A stretch of DNA of 20,274 nucleotides from an uncultured archaeon (GCA_964458565.1 CAYWJO010000005.1:1-20274), one strand, 5' to 3'. Shown: positions 8,211-17,151, counted from the first letter of the stretch. Made by a program: numbers and translations. The notes: generated by a model not told the origin, from the letters alone.

Positions 8211-9658
8211 GAAACAATACCTCCTTCATAATATTCACTACGTCCTGTTTCATTAAGCCGTTCAAGAACCTGACTTGGTGACCCATCGAATAGGATGCGG
8301 CCCTTTTCCATGAATAATAGTCGGTTACAATGGTTTTTAGCAAAATGACTATCATGTGTGGCTACAACACATGCCCCTGCTGTTTTGGCTCTCTCAACTA
8401 GCACCTCTGTAATGAAATGTCGTCCATCCTCATCTTGACCTATGAAGGGTTCATCAAATAGATGCAGGAGAGGACTATGTGCTACTGTGGATGTCACATT
8501 CAATCTTCGTTTTTGACCATGGCTCAGAGAGAAAGGATTGTGTTCCTTCATTTTCTCAAGTTGTGCTCGCTCCAGGAAATCTTCTGAAATATGTACAAAA
8601 TTCGTATCATCTAAATCAAGTACTTCACTTGCTAAGAGTTGTTCACGCCAGACTGTTCGTTCAAAGATTTGATGAGTAGGATTCTGAAAGACTATGGCAA
8701 TCTTTCGTGCCATATCTTTTGAGCTGAGTTCAGCCATTTTTTTAGACTCAAGTCGAATTTCGCCATAATTTGGTGTAAGCAATCCACCTAACAATGCAAG
8801 AAGTGTTGTTTTTCCAGAACCATTGTCACCCATTAACGCGATTAAGTCACCACCATTAATACTCAAATCAATATCATTTACAGCTTGGACTACATCATAA
8901 GAGAAAGAGATACCAGACGCTGTAAGAAGCTCATTTTCGGATATGAGAGGCATATCAGTTCTGGATTCGAAAGATGCAGTTGTTGGTGATTCGTTTATTG
9001 TGAGTGTCCCATTTTGCAACTGAAATACCTGATCAGCTATAGAAAGGACAGTATGAAGTCTGTGTTCGAAAATTACAATTCCTAATCCTCTTGCCTTCAA
9101 ATCAATCAATGTTTTTCTTAGTGCTGCCACACTAGAAGGATCCAGACTTGAAGTGGGTTCATCAAGTATGAGATAATCTGGCTGACAGGCAAGCACGGAA
9201 GATATTACAAGTCGCTGACGTTCACCCCCTGAAAGTTGGGTAGTAGAACGATTTTTGAGATAAGTACAATCTAGTTGTTCAAGTGAAGAATCGACTATCT
9301 TCTCTATCTCAGTTGATTCAGTTTGAAAGTTTTCAGGTCCAAATGCAACCTCATCCACTACAGTGAGTGTACAGATTTGACTGTCTGTGTCCTGTTGAAC
9401 AAGTGCTACTTTACGAGATATTTCGGGCAGAGATAAATCTGCTATATCTTTATCATCAATTGAGATTTTACCTGAAAATTCACCAGGAATTGTACGTGGA
9501 ATTAAGCCGGTCAGACATTTAGCGAGAGTAGACTTACCTGAACCTGTATTTCCAGTAATGACTGTTATTGTACCGCGACGTATCTGTAATGAAACCGAAT
9601 TAAGTATAGGAGCACTTCTGGGATATGCAAAAGTGATATCCTGTGTATCTAACATCAT
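8207..9658 (-). CDS. ECF transporter ATPase with two fused ABC domains (EcfA-A')
   Basis: Walker A GNTGSGKST and GDNGSGKTT; signatures LSGGERQR and LSHGQKRR; Walker B LILDEP and LFDEP; VVDEVAFGPEN is typical of ECF ATPases. Confidence 0.92.
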   Translation of the reverse strand: MMLDTQDITFAYPRSAPILNSVSLQIRRGTITVITGNTGSGKSTLAKCLTGLIPRTIPGEFSGKISIDDKDIADLSLPEISRKVALVQQDTDSQICTLTVVDEVAFGPENFQTESTEIEKIVDSSLEQLDCTYLKNRSTTQLSGGERQRLVISSVLACQPDYLILDEPTSSLDPSSVAALRKTLIDLKARGLGIVIFEHRLHTVLSIADQVFQLQNGTLTINESPTTASFESRTDMPLISENELLTASGISFSYDVVQAVNDIDLSINGGDLIALMGDNGSGKTTLLALLGGLLTPNYGEIRLESKKMAELSSKDMARKIAIVFQNPTHQIFERTVWREQLLASEVLDLDDTNFVHISEDFLERAQLEKMKEHNPFSLSHGQKRRLNVTSTVAHSPLLHLFDEPFIGQDEDGRHFITEVLVERAKTAGACVVATHDSHFAKNHCNRLLFMEKGRILFDGSPSQVLERLNETGRSEYYEGGIVS

Positions 9659-9667
9659 ATTCGTCGC

Positions 9668-10732
9668 CTAATATATCTCAATTACTGAAACTTTCTGGAC
9701 CCAAAATGATCCCTCATAATTGCCCGCAATAAGCCATAGACCTTCTAGCGTATCAGTCAATAATAGTTCTGCATCGTCTAATACCAAATTCAAATCAAGA
9801 GCTATTACATAACCATCCCAGGCCACGATTCTTACACCAGTTGCTGCCGGTAGTACTTTTGCCTGCTGTAGAATTGTAGTTAGTAATACCCCAGTATAGT
9901 TAGTTGGGGGTAGTTGCACAATTGAACCTGAAAGTTGAGCCTCGATTGTCACTATATCATTAGTAAAATCAGTTGGTGAGAATATGAATGGTTGTTCTAC
10001 TAATCCGGTGATTTGACATGAATGCAAATCAGAAGAGTATCTTGCGACTCCTATTATGTAATACAAAGATCCTGTTATCAAGAACAAAATAAACGCAATA
10101 GCTGGTAGATTGCTTTTTGCAAGTCCAGTTCGTGACTTGACAGGGTGTATTTGTGTGATTGGTTTTGATGGTACAACACCGGTCTCGCCAAGAAATTCAA
10201 TGGTTTCCCAAGCAAAATAGCCAGCAAAAATCACACCTGAACAAAAAGCAAGTAGTGTAATCACAGAGATGTAGAGTATCGGAACTCCTGAGAAGTAAAA
10301 GATTTGGAATATTATGACATTTGATGCAGATGCGATGCCAGCTCCAATCCACCAGATTAAACGTGAGGTTACACCTTTAGAGTGATAATCACCTGCAAAC
10401 CTCCCTACAATATCAATCAGAAACCCTTGAAATAGCGATACAAATAATATTACAATACCATGCGTGCTACCAGTGAATAGTTCTACTAATCCTTTGAGTG
10501 TCCCACCAATTGTACCCACTCCAGTTCGTGGAACCATGGCTCGAATAAGAATTAACCAAAATACATGCAGACCTGCCATGAATTGACCTGCCCCAAATGG
10601 AACTCCAAGACTTAGATTGATCAGATTCCCAAGATATCCCACAAAGGTACTCAAAGCACCTCCAAGAGAAGCAAGAATTGCTACCGTGACAATATCACGG
10701 GTGGATGGGAGAATACTTTCTGTAGCGGTCAG
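9668..10732 (-). CDS. ECF S component (YkoE/ThiW-like) fused to a C-terminal sulfite-oxidase/molybdopterin-binding-like domain; probable CTG start at 10732
   Basis: The in-frame extension (L)TATESILPSTRDIVTVAILASLGGALSTFVG restores TM1. RTGVGTIGGTLKGLVELFTGSTHG...QGFLID resembles YkoE-type S components. After an extra TM comes ITGLVEQPF...YTGVLLTTIL...IVAWDGY...FWVQKVSVIEI. Confidence 0.78.
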   Translation of the reverse strand: MTATESILPSTRDIVTVAILASLGGALSTFVGYLGNLINLSLGVPFGAGQFMAGLHVFWLILIRAMVPRTGVGTIGGTLKGLVELFTGSTHGIVILFVSLFQGFLIDIVGRFAGDYHSKGVTSRLIWWIGAGIASASNVIIFQIFYFSGVPILYISVITLLAFCSGVIFAGYFAWETIEFLGETGVVPSKPITQIHPVKSRTGLAKSNLPAIAFILFLITGSLYYIIGVARYSSDLHSCQITGLVEQPFIFSPTDFTNDIVTIEAQLSGSIVQLPPTNYTGVLLTTILQQAKVLPAATGVRIVAWDGYVIALDLNLVLDDAELLLTDTLEGLWLIAGNYEGSFWVQKVSVIEIY

Positions 10733-12282
10733 ACTTCCACCACCTCGATGAATTCTACATTACTAACCCATCTAGCACCTGCGGACGGATAGACATGATA
10801 ACCCATTCCTGTTTCCGATGTTAAAGAGCAATCTTCGTTACTATATCCACCATCTATTGGAATCATCACAATGCGTAGTCCTTGGTCCCAATCAGGAGTT
10901 GTTGTGCCATTATACGAAAATGCAAGAATCATATCTCCCTGTATGGTGTTCCAAGATTCATTTGGATGCACATTTGAATATGCAAATTCCTGTTGGTAAC
11001 CATCATAGGAAACGATTCTCAGAATATTGGACGGTTCCATACCTCCGACAAATGAAAGTAGGTCAGAGAGTTTCACACCGATGTATGTGCCTTGGCCGCG
11101 CCAGTTTCCATAAGAGTTCTGGAATGAAGAACTACCTTCTATGAGTGTCAACTGTTTGAGATCATCTATGGTCAATGTGACATCTTCAGAGATACCTCGA
11201 ATAACAACCATGTCTCTAGCGATTGTAGGTTCGGGGAGAGAAACAGGAGTTATAGTCAATGATGTAGGGTGAACCTGAACATGAACGTAATGATAAAAAC
11301 CACCAGAATCGGAGCTAGCGTATAGGCTTGCCCCAGCACCACCTGTGATGACATAATCAACACCATCAATGACTGAATGGTTAAACATGTGAATATGGCC
11401 TGCAAAAACTGCATCTACATTTGTTGATTTGAAAAGAGTAATGAGACGAGCTGTTGTTGTTGAGTTGAGAAGTGTATGATTCTGTGCGGGTCTTGGATCA
11501 AAGAGAGGAATGTGGGTGAAGACAAAGTTCCACTTCAGGGTAGAATGTGATAAGTCGGATTCCAACCACCTTAACTCGGATTCAGAAACATCGCCTGATG
11601 ATGAATTAAAGATGATAAAATGTGCTGGACCATAGTTGAATGAATAAGTAGAGGGTCCAAAGTAGTCGAGATACAGAGAGCTACCACCTAGACGAGTGTC
11701 ATGATTACCAATAGTAGTAAAAACAGGGACATGAAAGAAGGCAAGTGCATTTGACACTGCTTCATACTGGTTCTGTTGTCCAAACGGTGTGAGATCGCCA
11801 CAATGAAACACAAAATCAGGATTGTCTATGAGAGCATTCTTAGCTATTTCTTTAATTCCTTCTTGATAGCCTTGCGAATCGCCAAAAACATAGAATTCAA
11901 ACTCATTAGTAGGTTCTTGAGTTGAAAAAGTGATATTGAATTTGGGCATTGTAGGAATAATTTCGACTGTTATTGATGCATTTTCTGTTTCAATAATGGA
12001 GAATGGAACAACAGACTCGATATTTAACTTCGCGGGATTCATATTATTGGTTGTAATTCTGAAAGGATTCGGTCCTGTCCCATTCTCCCAGTTGAGTGTA
12101 ACAATGATTTCTGGCGTTAATGCTCTAACAGTTACAGATGATTCTGATTGGGCAGTGATAAAACCTCCATTAACAGATACTTCGGGGGTGGTTTGAAACT
12201 GACTGAGAGAGATGAAGAAGAGACCTAGACTGGCTGTGATTGTTATTATAACGACCAATGATGCCACAAGTTTCTTTTGCAT
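10729..12282 (-). CDS. N-terminally anchored extracellular calcineurin-like metallophosphoesterase fused to a C-terminal molybdopterin-binding-like domain
   Basis: Signal/anchor MQKKLVASLVVIIITITASLGLFFI; complete motifs GDSQ, CGDL, GNHD, THIP, GHIH; C-terminal LTIDDLKQL...YIGVKLSDLL...VSYDGY...MILAFSYNG...GLRIV...RWVSNVEFIEV; many N-x-S/T sequons. Confidence 0.83.
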   Translation of the reverse strand: MQKKLVASLVVIITITASLGLFFISLSQFQTTPEVSVNGGFITAQSESSVTVRALTPEIIVTLNWENGTGPNPFRITTNNMNPAKLNIESVVPFSIIETENASITVEIIPTMPKFNITFSTQEPTNEFEFYVFGDSQGYQEGIKEIAKNALIDNPDFVFHCGDLTPFGQQNQYEAVSNALAFFHVPVFTTIGNHDTRLGGSSLYLDYFGPSTYSFNYGPAHFIIFNSSSGDVSESELRWLESDLSHSTLKWNFVFTHIPLFDPRPAQNHTLLNSTTTARLITLFKSTNVDAVFAGHIHMFNHSVIDGVDYVITGGAGASLYASSDSGGFYHYVHVQVHPTSLTITPVSLPEPTIARDMVVIRGISEDVTLTIDDLKQLTLIEGSSSFQNSYGNWRGQGTYIGVKLSDLLSFVGGMEPSNILRIVSYDGYQQEFAYSNVHPNESWNTIQGDMILAFSYNGTTTPDWDQGLRIVMIPIDGGYSNEDCSLTSETGMGYHVYPSAGARWVSNVEFIEVVEV

Positions 12283-12372
12283 TAGACATCCACCAGAATC
12301 TTACTTTCTCGTTATGTTTGGCTGTATATATCGATAACTAAGTAAGATATGAAGGTTGGGGATTGAAGGAGA

Positions 12373-13137
12373 TTAGAAACCGTCAGTTTCGATGGTGATA
12401 GCTATTTTGAAGATTTCTTTGTCATTTCGCAATTCTGCAGTATATTTTAGAGTGTCCACTATCGTGTTTGTGTATAGTTTGTCTAGTGCAACATCGCGCT
12501 CAGAGTGTTTTAATGAGAGATAGTATTCGAAGATATTCCAAGCAAGATTCCGTTTTCTAGTATCAAAGATCGGATTTGTATCAAAAAGACTAGCGGCTAT
12601 ACCTCCAATATCCAGAATCCAATTCCCTGCACGAGACTCTTCGAAGTCTACTCCATAAACTCCTTGTTCGCTATAGATAAAATTTCGAAGTCTGGGGTCT
12701 CCCTTAATTTCGCAATGTAATGTGTGATAATGAAAATACCATTCTGCAAGAGCTTCCATTAAGGATGAATCGAACGTTCGATTCACGAGGTCAACTAATG
12801 GTTCTCCGGGAATATGAGTCATAAGTATCACTCTATTCTGTGCACTGATAACCTCAGGAACCAACAGACCATCTTTGGCACTTTTCCTGAGAATGCTGAC
12901 TTCTTTCTCAAAAGCATCAGTCACAAATAGCTTGGCTACAAAATCATGATTCGTATCAGGTAGTAGTATATGGAAAACTGCATTTTTCTTGCTTCTGAAT
13001 CTCTCAGTTATTAGAGGTGATGATGAGGGGTGATAGGTTTCCTGAATAAGAGAATCAAGGGTTTCTATGGATTTAGGACTGATACGGATTCCATCTAGAC
13101 CTTGAGGAATATCTGATAACAGTTCATGCAGTTCCAT
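12373..13137 (-). CDS. Protein-kinase-like superfamily phosphotransferase (APH/choline kinase/Bud32/Kdo-like)
   Basis: SKKNAVF, FVAKLF (VAxK lysine), E of helix C, LLVPEV, IKGDPRLRNF (catalytic loop), VDFEE, DIGG. Confidence 0.7.
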   Translation of the reverse strand: MELHELLSDIPQGLDGIRISPKSIETLDSLIQETYHPSSSPLITERFRSKKNAVFHILLPDTNHDFVAKLFVTDAFEKEVSILRKSAKDGLLVPEVISAQNRVILMTHIPGEPLVDLVNRTFDSSLMEALAEWYFHYHTLHCEIKGDPRLRNFIYSEQGVYGVDFEESRAGNWILDIGGIAASLFDTNPIFDTRKRNLAWNIFEYYLSLKHSERDVALDKLYTNTIVDTLKYTAELRNDKEIFKIAITIETDGF

Positions 13138-13224
13138 GGTGTTATGGGGTTATACTATCCTCCGCTATTAGGATACCGACACGACCATATTGGTTATAAC
13201 GGGTAATAGGAAGAAGTGGATGAA

Positions 13225-13443
13225 ATGTCAGGCAGAATCTGTAATGTAGAGAAGAATAAGGCAAGATGTGGATGCACATATCCAGGATGTTCTAGACAGG
13301 GGTATTGTTGTGATTGCATACATTACCACTGGCAACACAAGGAGCTTCCAGGATGTCTCTTTCCAAAAGATGCGGAAAAGACCTATGATAGGTCTCTTGA
13401 GTATTTTCTTGAGGTTTGGAATAAGAAATTAGGTAAGAAGTAG
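13225..13443 (+). CDS. Small Cys-rich protein, DUF6485-like
   Basis: CGCTYPGCSRQGYCCDCIHYH...ELPGCLFP...EKTYDRS pattern. ATG at 13225 is preferred over GTG at 13216. Confidence 0.75.
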   Translation: MSGRICNVEKNKARCGCTYPGCSRQGYCCDCIHYHWQHKELPGCLFPKDAEKTYDRSLEYFLEVWNKKLGKK

Positions 13444-13447
13444 ACAG

Positions 13448-13727
13448 TCAATGAGAGTCCATTTCCATCTGTTTTTCAGATATCTTTCTTAATAGTAGAG
13501 GTCTACAAAGGACATAGAATAGCAGTCCCATAATCACAGGTATTAGAAAAATGATTAGATTTTGAACTGTTGAGTATTCCTCATATGGCCATATTATAGG
13601 ATAGCCTTGAATAGAATGCACTTTATTATTTGCCAAGCCAGAAGAATGTTGGTGGGTACGCTAGGATTCGGACTGTTGATCCTGCTATTAGCAGCTGTAC
13701 GACATGGCTAAATGTTTTTGATACCAT
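13448..13727 (-). pseudogene. Possible frameshifted small membrane protein gene (two overlapping frames)
   Basis: GAGGTGA precedes ATG 13727, giving MVSKTFSHVVQLLIAGSTVRILAYPPTFFWLGK* (stop 13626-13628). A second frame (13636-13448) continues ANNKVHSIQGYPIIWP... with one TM helix. Removing one base would join them. Confidence 0.35.
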
Positions 13728-13764
13728 TATCACCTCGAGAATATGAAGTCGGGATTGTGATAAG

Positions 13765-14451
13765 ATGGACGATTTACCTTCTCCTACAATCATACAAAAG
13801 CTCAGAGCGAGGGGTTTGGATGTTGTAGGATATCTAGTCCCTCTTTTTCAGTCAATTCCGTTTGGCTATGCGGGACTCATGAGTGCACCTTTCATATTCT
13901 ACCTTCTTGGATTGGTGGTTACATCTCCAATTGCATTGCCTGCCTTTGTATTAGCCATCGTGTTTGGTGGATTTCCACTAGAGCTTATCATATCAGGGAT
14001 TGGATTTTTCCTGTTGGTTTATTCAATTGCATATCTTAGATTGAACAAGAAACATGGTCTTGTTACAGACGGCCCATACAAATTTATTAGGCACCCTCAG
14101 TATCTTGGCGTACTCTTATTGACCTTGAGCCTTACTACAAGAAGTGTTTGGATTATAACACACACCTTCGGAATAAGTTATTTTACTGGCCAAGTGACCA
14201 TTCTTGTCTGGTATGCAACATTAGCTGCCTATATTCTTCTTGCCCTTGCAGAAGAGCAGTATTTGATTATTAACCATCATGAGATATATTCAGACTACTT
14301 GCAGAACACAGGATTCCTAATTCCGTTCATGGTTACAAAAAGACGCTCTATAGATGTCATTCTCTCCATCATTCTATTGCTGTTACTAATGCACGGGACT
14401 ATTATATTATATGAAAATACAATGGAGTGGCCTATTGGGTGGTTCTACTGA
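13765..14451 (+). CDS. Isoprenylcysteine carboxyl methyltransferase (ICMT/Ste14/PEMT)-family membrane protein
   Basis: LVTDGPYKFIRHPQYLG, AEEQYL...YSDY...TGFLIP; several TM helices. Confidence 0.8.
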   Translation: MDDLPSPTIIQKLRARGLDVVGYLVPLFQSIPFGYAGLMSAPFIFYLLGLVVTSPIALPAFVLAIVFGGFPLELIISGIGFFLLVYSIAYLRLNKKHGLVTDGPYKFIRHPQYLGVLLLTLSLTTRSVWIITHTFGISYFTGQVTILVWYATLAAYILLALAEEQYLIINHHEIYSDYLQNTGFLIPFMVTKRRSIDVILSIILLLLLMHGTIILYENTMEWPIGWFY

Positions 14452-14483
14452 AATAGCAGAATTAAGTTGAGAAATGGAACAGA

Positions 14484-14561
14484 TGGCGGGCGCGCCAGGA
14501 TTCGAACCTGGGATACCCAACTCCGAAGGCTGGTGCCTTATCCATACTAGACTACGCGCCC
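14484..14561 (-). tRNA. tRNA-Arg(UCG), intronless, CCA encoded
   Basis: GGGCGCG...CGCGCCC-G-CCA acceptor stem; D-loop TAGTATGGATA; anticodon arm CCAGC-CTTCGGA-GTTGG; T arm CCAGG-TTCGAAT-CCTGG. Confidence 0.96.
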
Positions 14562-14630
14562 TACATCGAAAAACTCGTTTTGATTCTTAAGCCCTTCTAT
14601 GTATTAATTGTTCCAATTTTGTAGATAGCG

Positions 14631-15482
14631 CTAATTGATTTCGGGATTTAGAATGTGTTCGAGTGGATTTCCCTCCAAGTCTAGGACTTCGAGATTCTCA
14701 TAGAATATCAGGGGCCGCAAGTCAATAGAGTGTATTCGATTATCTTTTAGATCAAGACCCCTTAGGTTAGACAATTTCCCGATTGGCTCTAAATTGATCT
14801 GCTTGATTCTATTTTCTCTGAGGACTAGAGAATAGAGATTTTGACAATGACGAAGTGGAGCAAGATTAACGGTACAGAACCGGTTCATACCTAGATTGAG
14901 AGTCTTTAGTTTGATACAAGATGAAAGCGCTGAAAGATCAATTTCATGTAGCTTATTTCTATTCAAAGATAGGATTTCTAAATTGGAACACGTGTTCAAG
15001 GGATTTAGATTAATGACTGTGAGCTTGTTGAATGCCAAGGATAGCTCCTGAAGTGTGACACAGTATCCAAGTGGGGAGAGATTGACTTCACTGAGGTCTA
15101 ATTTTGTCATTCGCAGGGAAGTGAGAGCGGACCAACTCTGAAGAGGCGTTAAATCAATGGATTTCAAGGGATTATAGGAGAGTGAAAGGCGTCTGAGTGG
15201 TGATTCACGTCCTAATTGAGCCAAGTCAATTGTTTGGAGATTGTTTTTGGATAAATCAAGCCATTGAATAGTGTTAATATCACGAAGAGGGGAGAGGTCA
15301 ATATATTCCAAGTGGTTTTTTGAGAGATGTAAAGATTCTAGTTGGGTGAAGGAAGGAAGAAAGGATAGGTCGATTGAAAAGATATTGAGGTTTCTTAGAT
15401 CAATTTCAGTCTGACTACTTGATAGAGTGATTTCCTCAACCTGTCCATCATTCGTTTCAAACTTTATTCGGACGTCATACAA
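14631..15482 (-). CDS. Leucine-rich repeat protein (about 11 repeats of 22 aa, LxxLxLxxNxLxxIDLxPL)
   Basis: Regular repeats such as LESLHLSKNHLEYIDLSPL and LRRLSLSYNPLKSIDLTPL; TTG start with GAGGT upstream. Confidence 0.92.
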   Translation of the reverse strand: MYDVRIKFETNDGQVEEITLSSSQTEIDLRNLNIFSIDLSFLPSFTQLESLHLSKNHLEYIDLSPLRDINTIQWLDLSKNNLQTIDLAQLGRESPLRRLSLSYNPLKSIDLTPLQSWSALTSLRMTKLDLSEVNLSPLGYCVTLQELSLAFNKLTVINLNPLNTCSNLEILSLNRNKLHEIDLSALSSCIKLKTLNLGMNRFCTVNLAPLRHCQNLYSLVLRENRIKQINLEPIGKLSNLRGLDLKDNRIHSIDLRPLIFYENLEVLDLEGNPLEHILNPEIN

Positions 15483-15510
15483 TATGATACCTCAAAAAGA
15501 TAAACGAGAC

Positions 15511-16545
15511 CTACTCCAATAATCTTCGCATCCTTTCCTCAGTTGGATTTTCAACGGCACCCCTGTCTGTTATTATTGCTGTTATCAGTTCAGGAGGGGT
15601 CACATCAAATGCAGGATTGTATACCTTTGCATTTGGAACGGTTACATACTCTCCATTGATTATACGAATCTCATTTTCATCGCGTTCTTCTATTTCGACA
15701 TCTTCCACATTGGTTTTCCAGTCAATTGTTGACATTGGAACCACTGAATAAAATGGGATGTTGTGATAATTTGCTGTGATTGCCATTGTATAGGTGCCTA
15801 TTTTATTTATGACATGACCAGTTCTGAGAATTCTATCAGCCCCCACCACACAGCAGTCAACTCTTCCATCACGAAACACGGTCCCAATCATTCCATCTGT
15901 GATTAGAGTGGTATCTATTCCGTCTTCCATAAATTCGTAAACTGTTAGCTTTGCGCCTTGTTGTCTTGGACGGGTTTCTGCCGCGTATACCTTGATGTCA
16001 CCATTATATGCTTCATGGGCAACCCGTACCACTGCACCTACAGTGCCAAGATGCACAGTTGCAAGTGAACCTGCATTACATATTGTTTGAATAGTAAATC
16101 CAGGTTTGAGATAGGGAAGTGCATTCTCTCCGATAGCCCTACACATTCGAACATCTTCTTCCGCGATTTCCTTTGCCTCTTCAATCAACTTTTGGATGAT
16201 CTCATCAGCAGTGCCTTCAGCTTCATATGCAAATTTCAGCATTCGTTCTGTTGCCCAAGTCAAGTTCACTGCAGTTGGACGGGTGTTTAGTGTCACAGCG
16301 GCTTTCTCCAAAAAAGCGATCAAATCGTCTTTATCCTTCGCATTACTCTCAATTGCGGCTAAGGCCATACCCATACCTGCAGCAGCACCGATTGCTGGAG
16401 CACCTCGGATTTCCATTATTTTTATTGATTGAGCGATTCTCTCATGGCTTTTTGTTATCACATGACTCGTAACAAGTGGTAGTTTCGTCTGATCTACGAG
16501 CCTGACCTCGTTGGTATCATCTAACCATTCAATTGTTCTATACAT
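15511..16545 (-). CDS. mtnA: S-methyl-5-thioribose-1-phosphate isomerase
   Basis: DQTKLP, IRGAPAIG, RPTAVNL, TICNAGSLAT, ETRPRQQG, VGADRI, NKIGT, NPAFDVTP. Confidence 0.9.
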   Translation of the reverse strand: MYRTIEWLDDTNEVRLVDQTKLPLVTSHVITKSHERIAQSIKIMEIRGAPAIGAAAGMGMALAAIESNAKDKDDLIAFLEKAAVTLNTRPTAVNLTWATERMLKFAYEAEGTADEIIQKLIEEAKEIAEEDVRMCRAIGENALPYLKPGFTIQTICNAGSLATVHLGTVGAVVRVAHEAYNGDIKVYAAETRPRQQGAKLTVYEFMEDGIDTTLITDGMIGTVFRDGRVDCCVVGADRILRTGHVINKIGTYTMAITANYHNIPFYSVVPMSTIDWKTNVEDVEIEERDENEIRIINGEYVTVPNAKVYNPAFDVTPPELITAIITDRGAVENPTEERMRRLLE

Positions 16546-16546
16546 C

Positions 16547-17047
16547 TTATAGTCCTCTCAAGTGTGTTTCAAGCAGATTCTCTAAGCTACTAATAATCTT
16601 TCGAGCTACTTCTTCAAGCTCTGGTGTTAAACCCTCCCCAAATTGTACACTCTTTGGCTGAATACCCAGAAGAATGGATTGTCCGCCTGTTTGCTGTTCA
16701 AGGTAAGCCATCAAGAGAGATAGGGGCATTCGGTGAGTGCTGATTGCAATGCCACCGATACGGTCCTTTGTTACAAGTTCTATATGACCAGGAGTTTTTC
16801 TCATATCTGCGGCATCAATCATGATTATTCTCGTTGCTCCAAACTCAGCTAAGGGTCTAGCAAATGCTTCTGGAACAGAACCAACGTTTTCTATCAGTAG
16901 ATTCGGGTGTTTGATAGTCATCTCACTGATTATGAAAGGACCTAATCCGTCATCAGTTCTGAGGTCATTTCCTACTCCCAGAACTGCAATCCTTTCTGCC
17001 GGAGCAATGAATTCTGCAAGTTCCTTCTCAAAATCTATATCGGTCAC
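16547..17047 (-). CDS. hycI: Hydrogenase maturation endopeptidase, HycI-like
   Basis: LGVGNDLRTDDGLGP, GSVPE, IDAADM, ISTHRMPLS, LGIQP...FGEGLT; GTG start; ends 1 nt before mtnA. Confidence 0.87.
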   Translation of the reverse strand: MTDIDFEKELAEFIAPAERIAVLGVGNDLRTDDGLGPFIISEMTIKHPNLLIENVGSVPEAFARPLAEFGATRIIMIDAADMRKTPGHIELVTKDRIGGIAISTHRMPLSLLMAYLEQQTGGQSILLGIQPKSVQFGEGLTPELEEVARKIISSLENLLETHLRGL

Positions 17048-17151
17048 AATAACAACTGCGCTTGAAAGTTGCTATAGTTCTTGTCATTGGTCCCTGTCGA
17101 AGGGTTTTTCTCATTATCAACGAGGCTGATGTATGAGTAGGCGAACATACT

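Noticed and set aside
9668-12282. Functional molybdoenzymes (sulfite oxidase/MsrP)
   Set aside because: The Mo-ligating Cys appears absent in both domains, and no heme partner is present.
5222-14561. Integrated element at the tRNA-Arg(UCG) 3' end carrying the methylase
   Set aside because: No integrase, and no direct repeat of the tRNA 3' end was seen by eye in the window.
15511-16545. eIF2B subunit or ribose-1,5-bisphosphate isomerase
   Set aside because: CNAGSLAT, DQTKLP and ETRPxxQG fit MtnA better, though the families are homologous.
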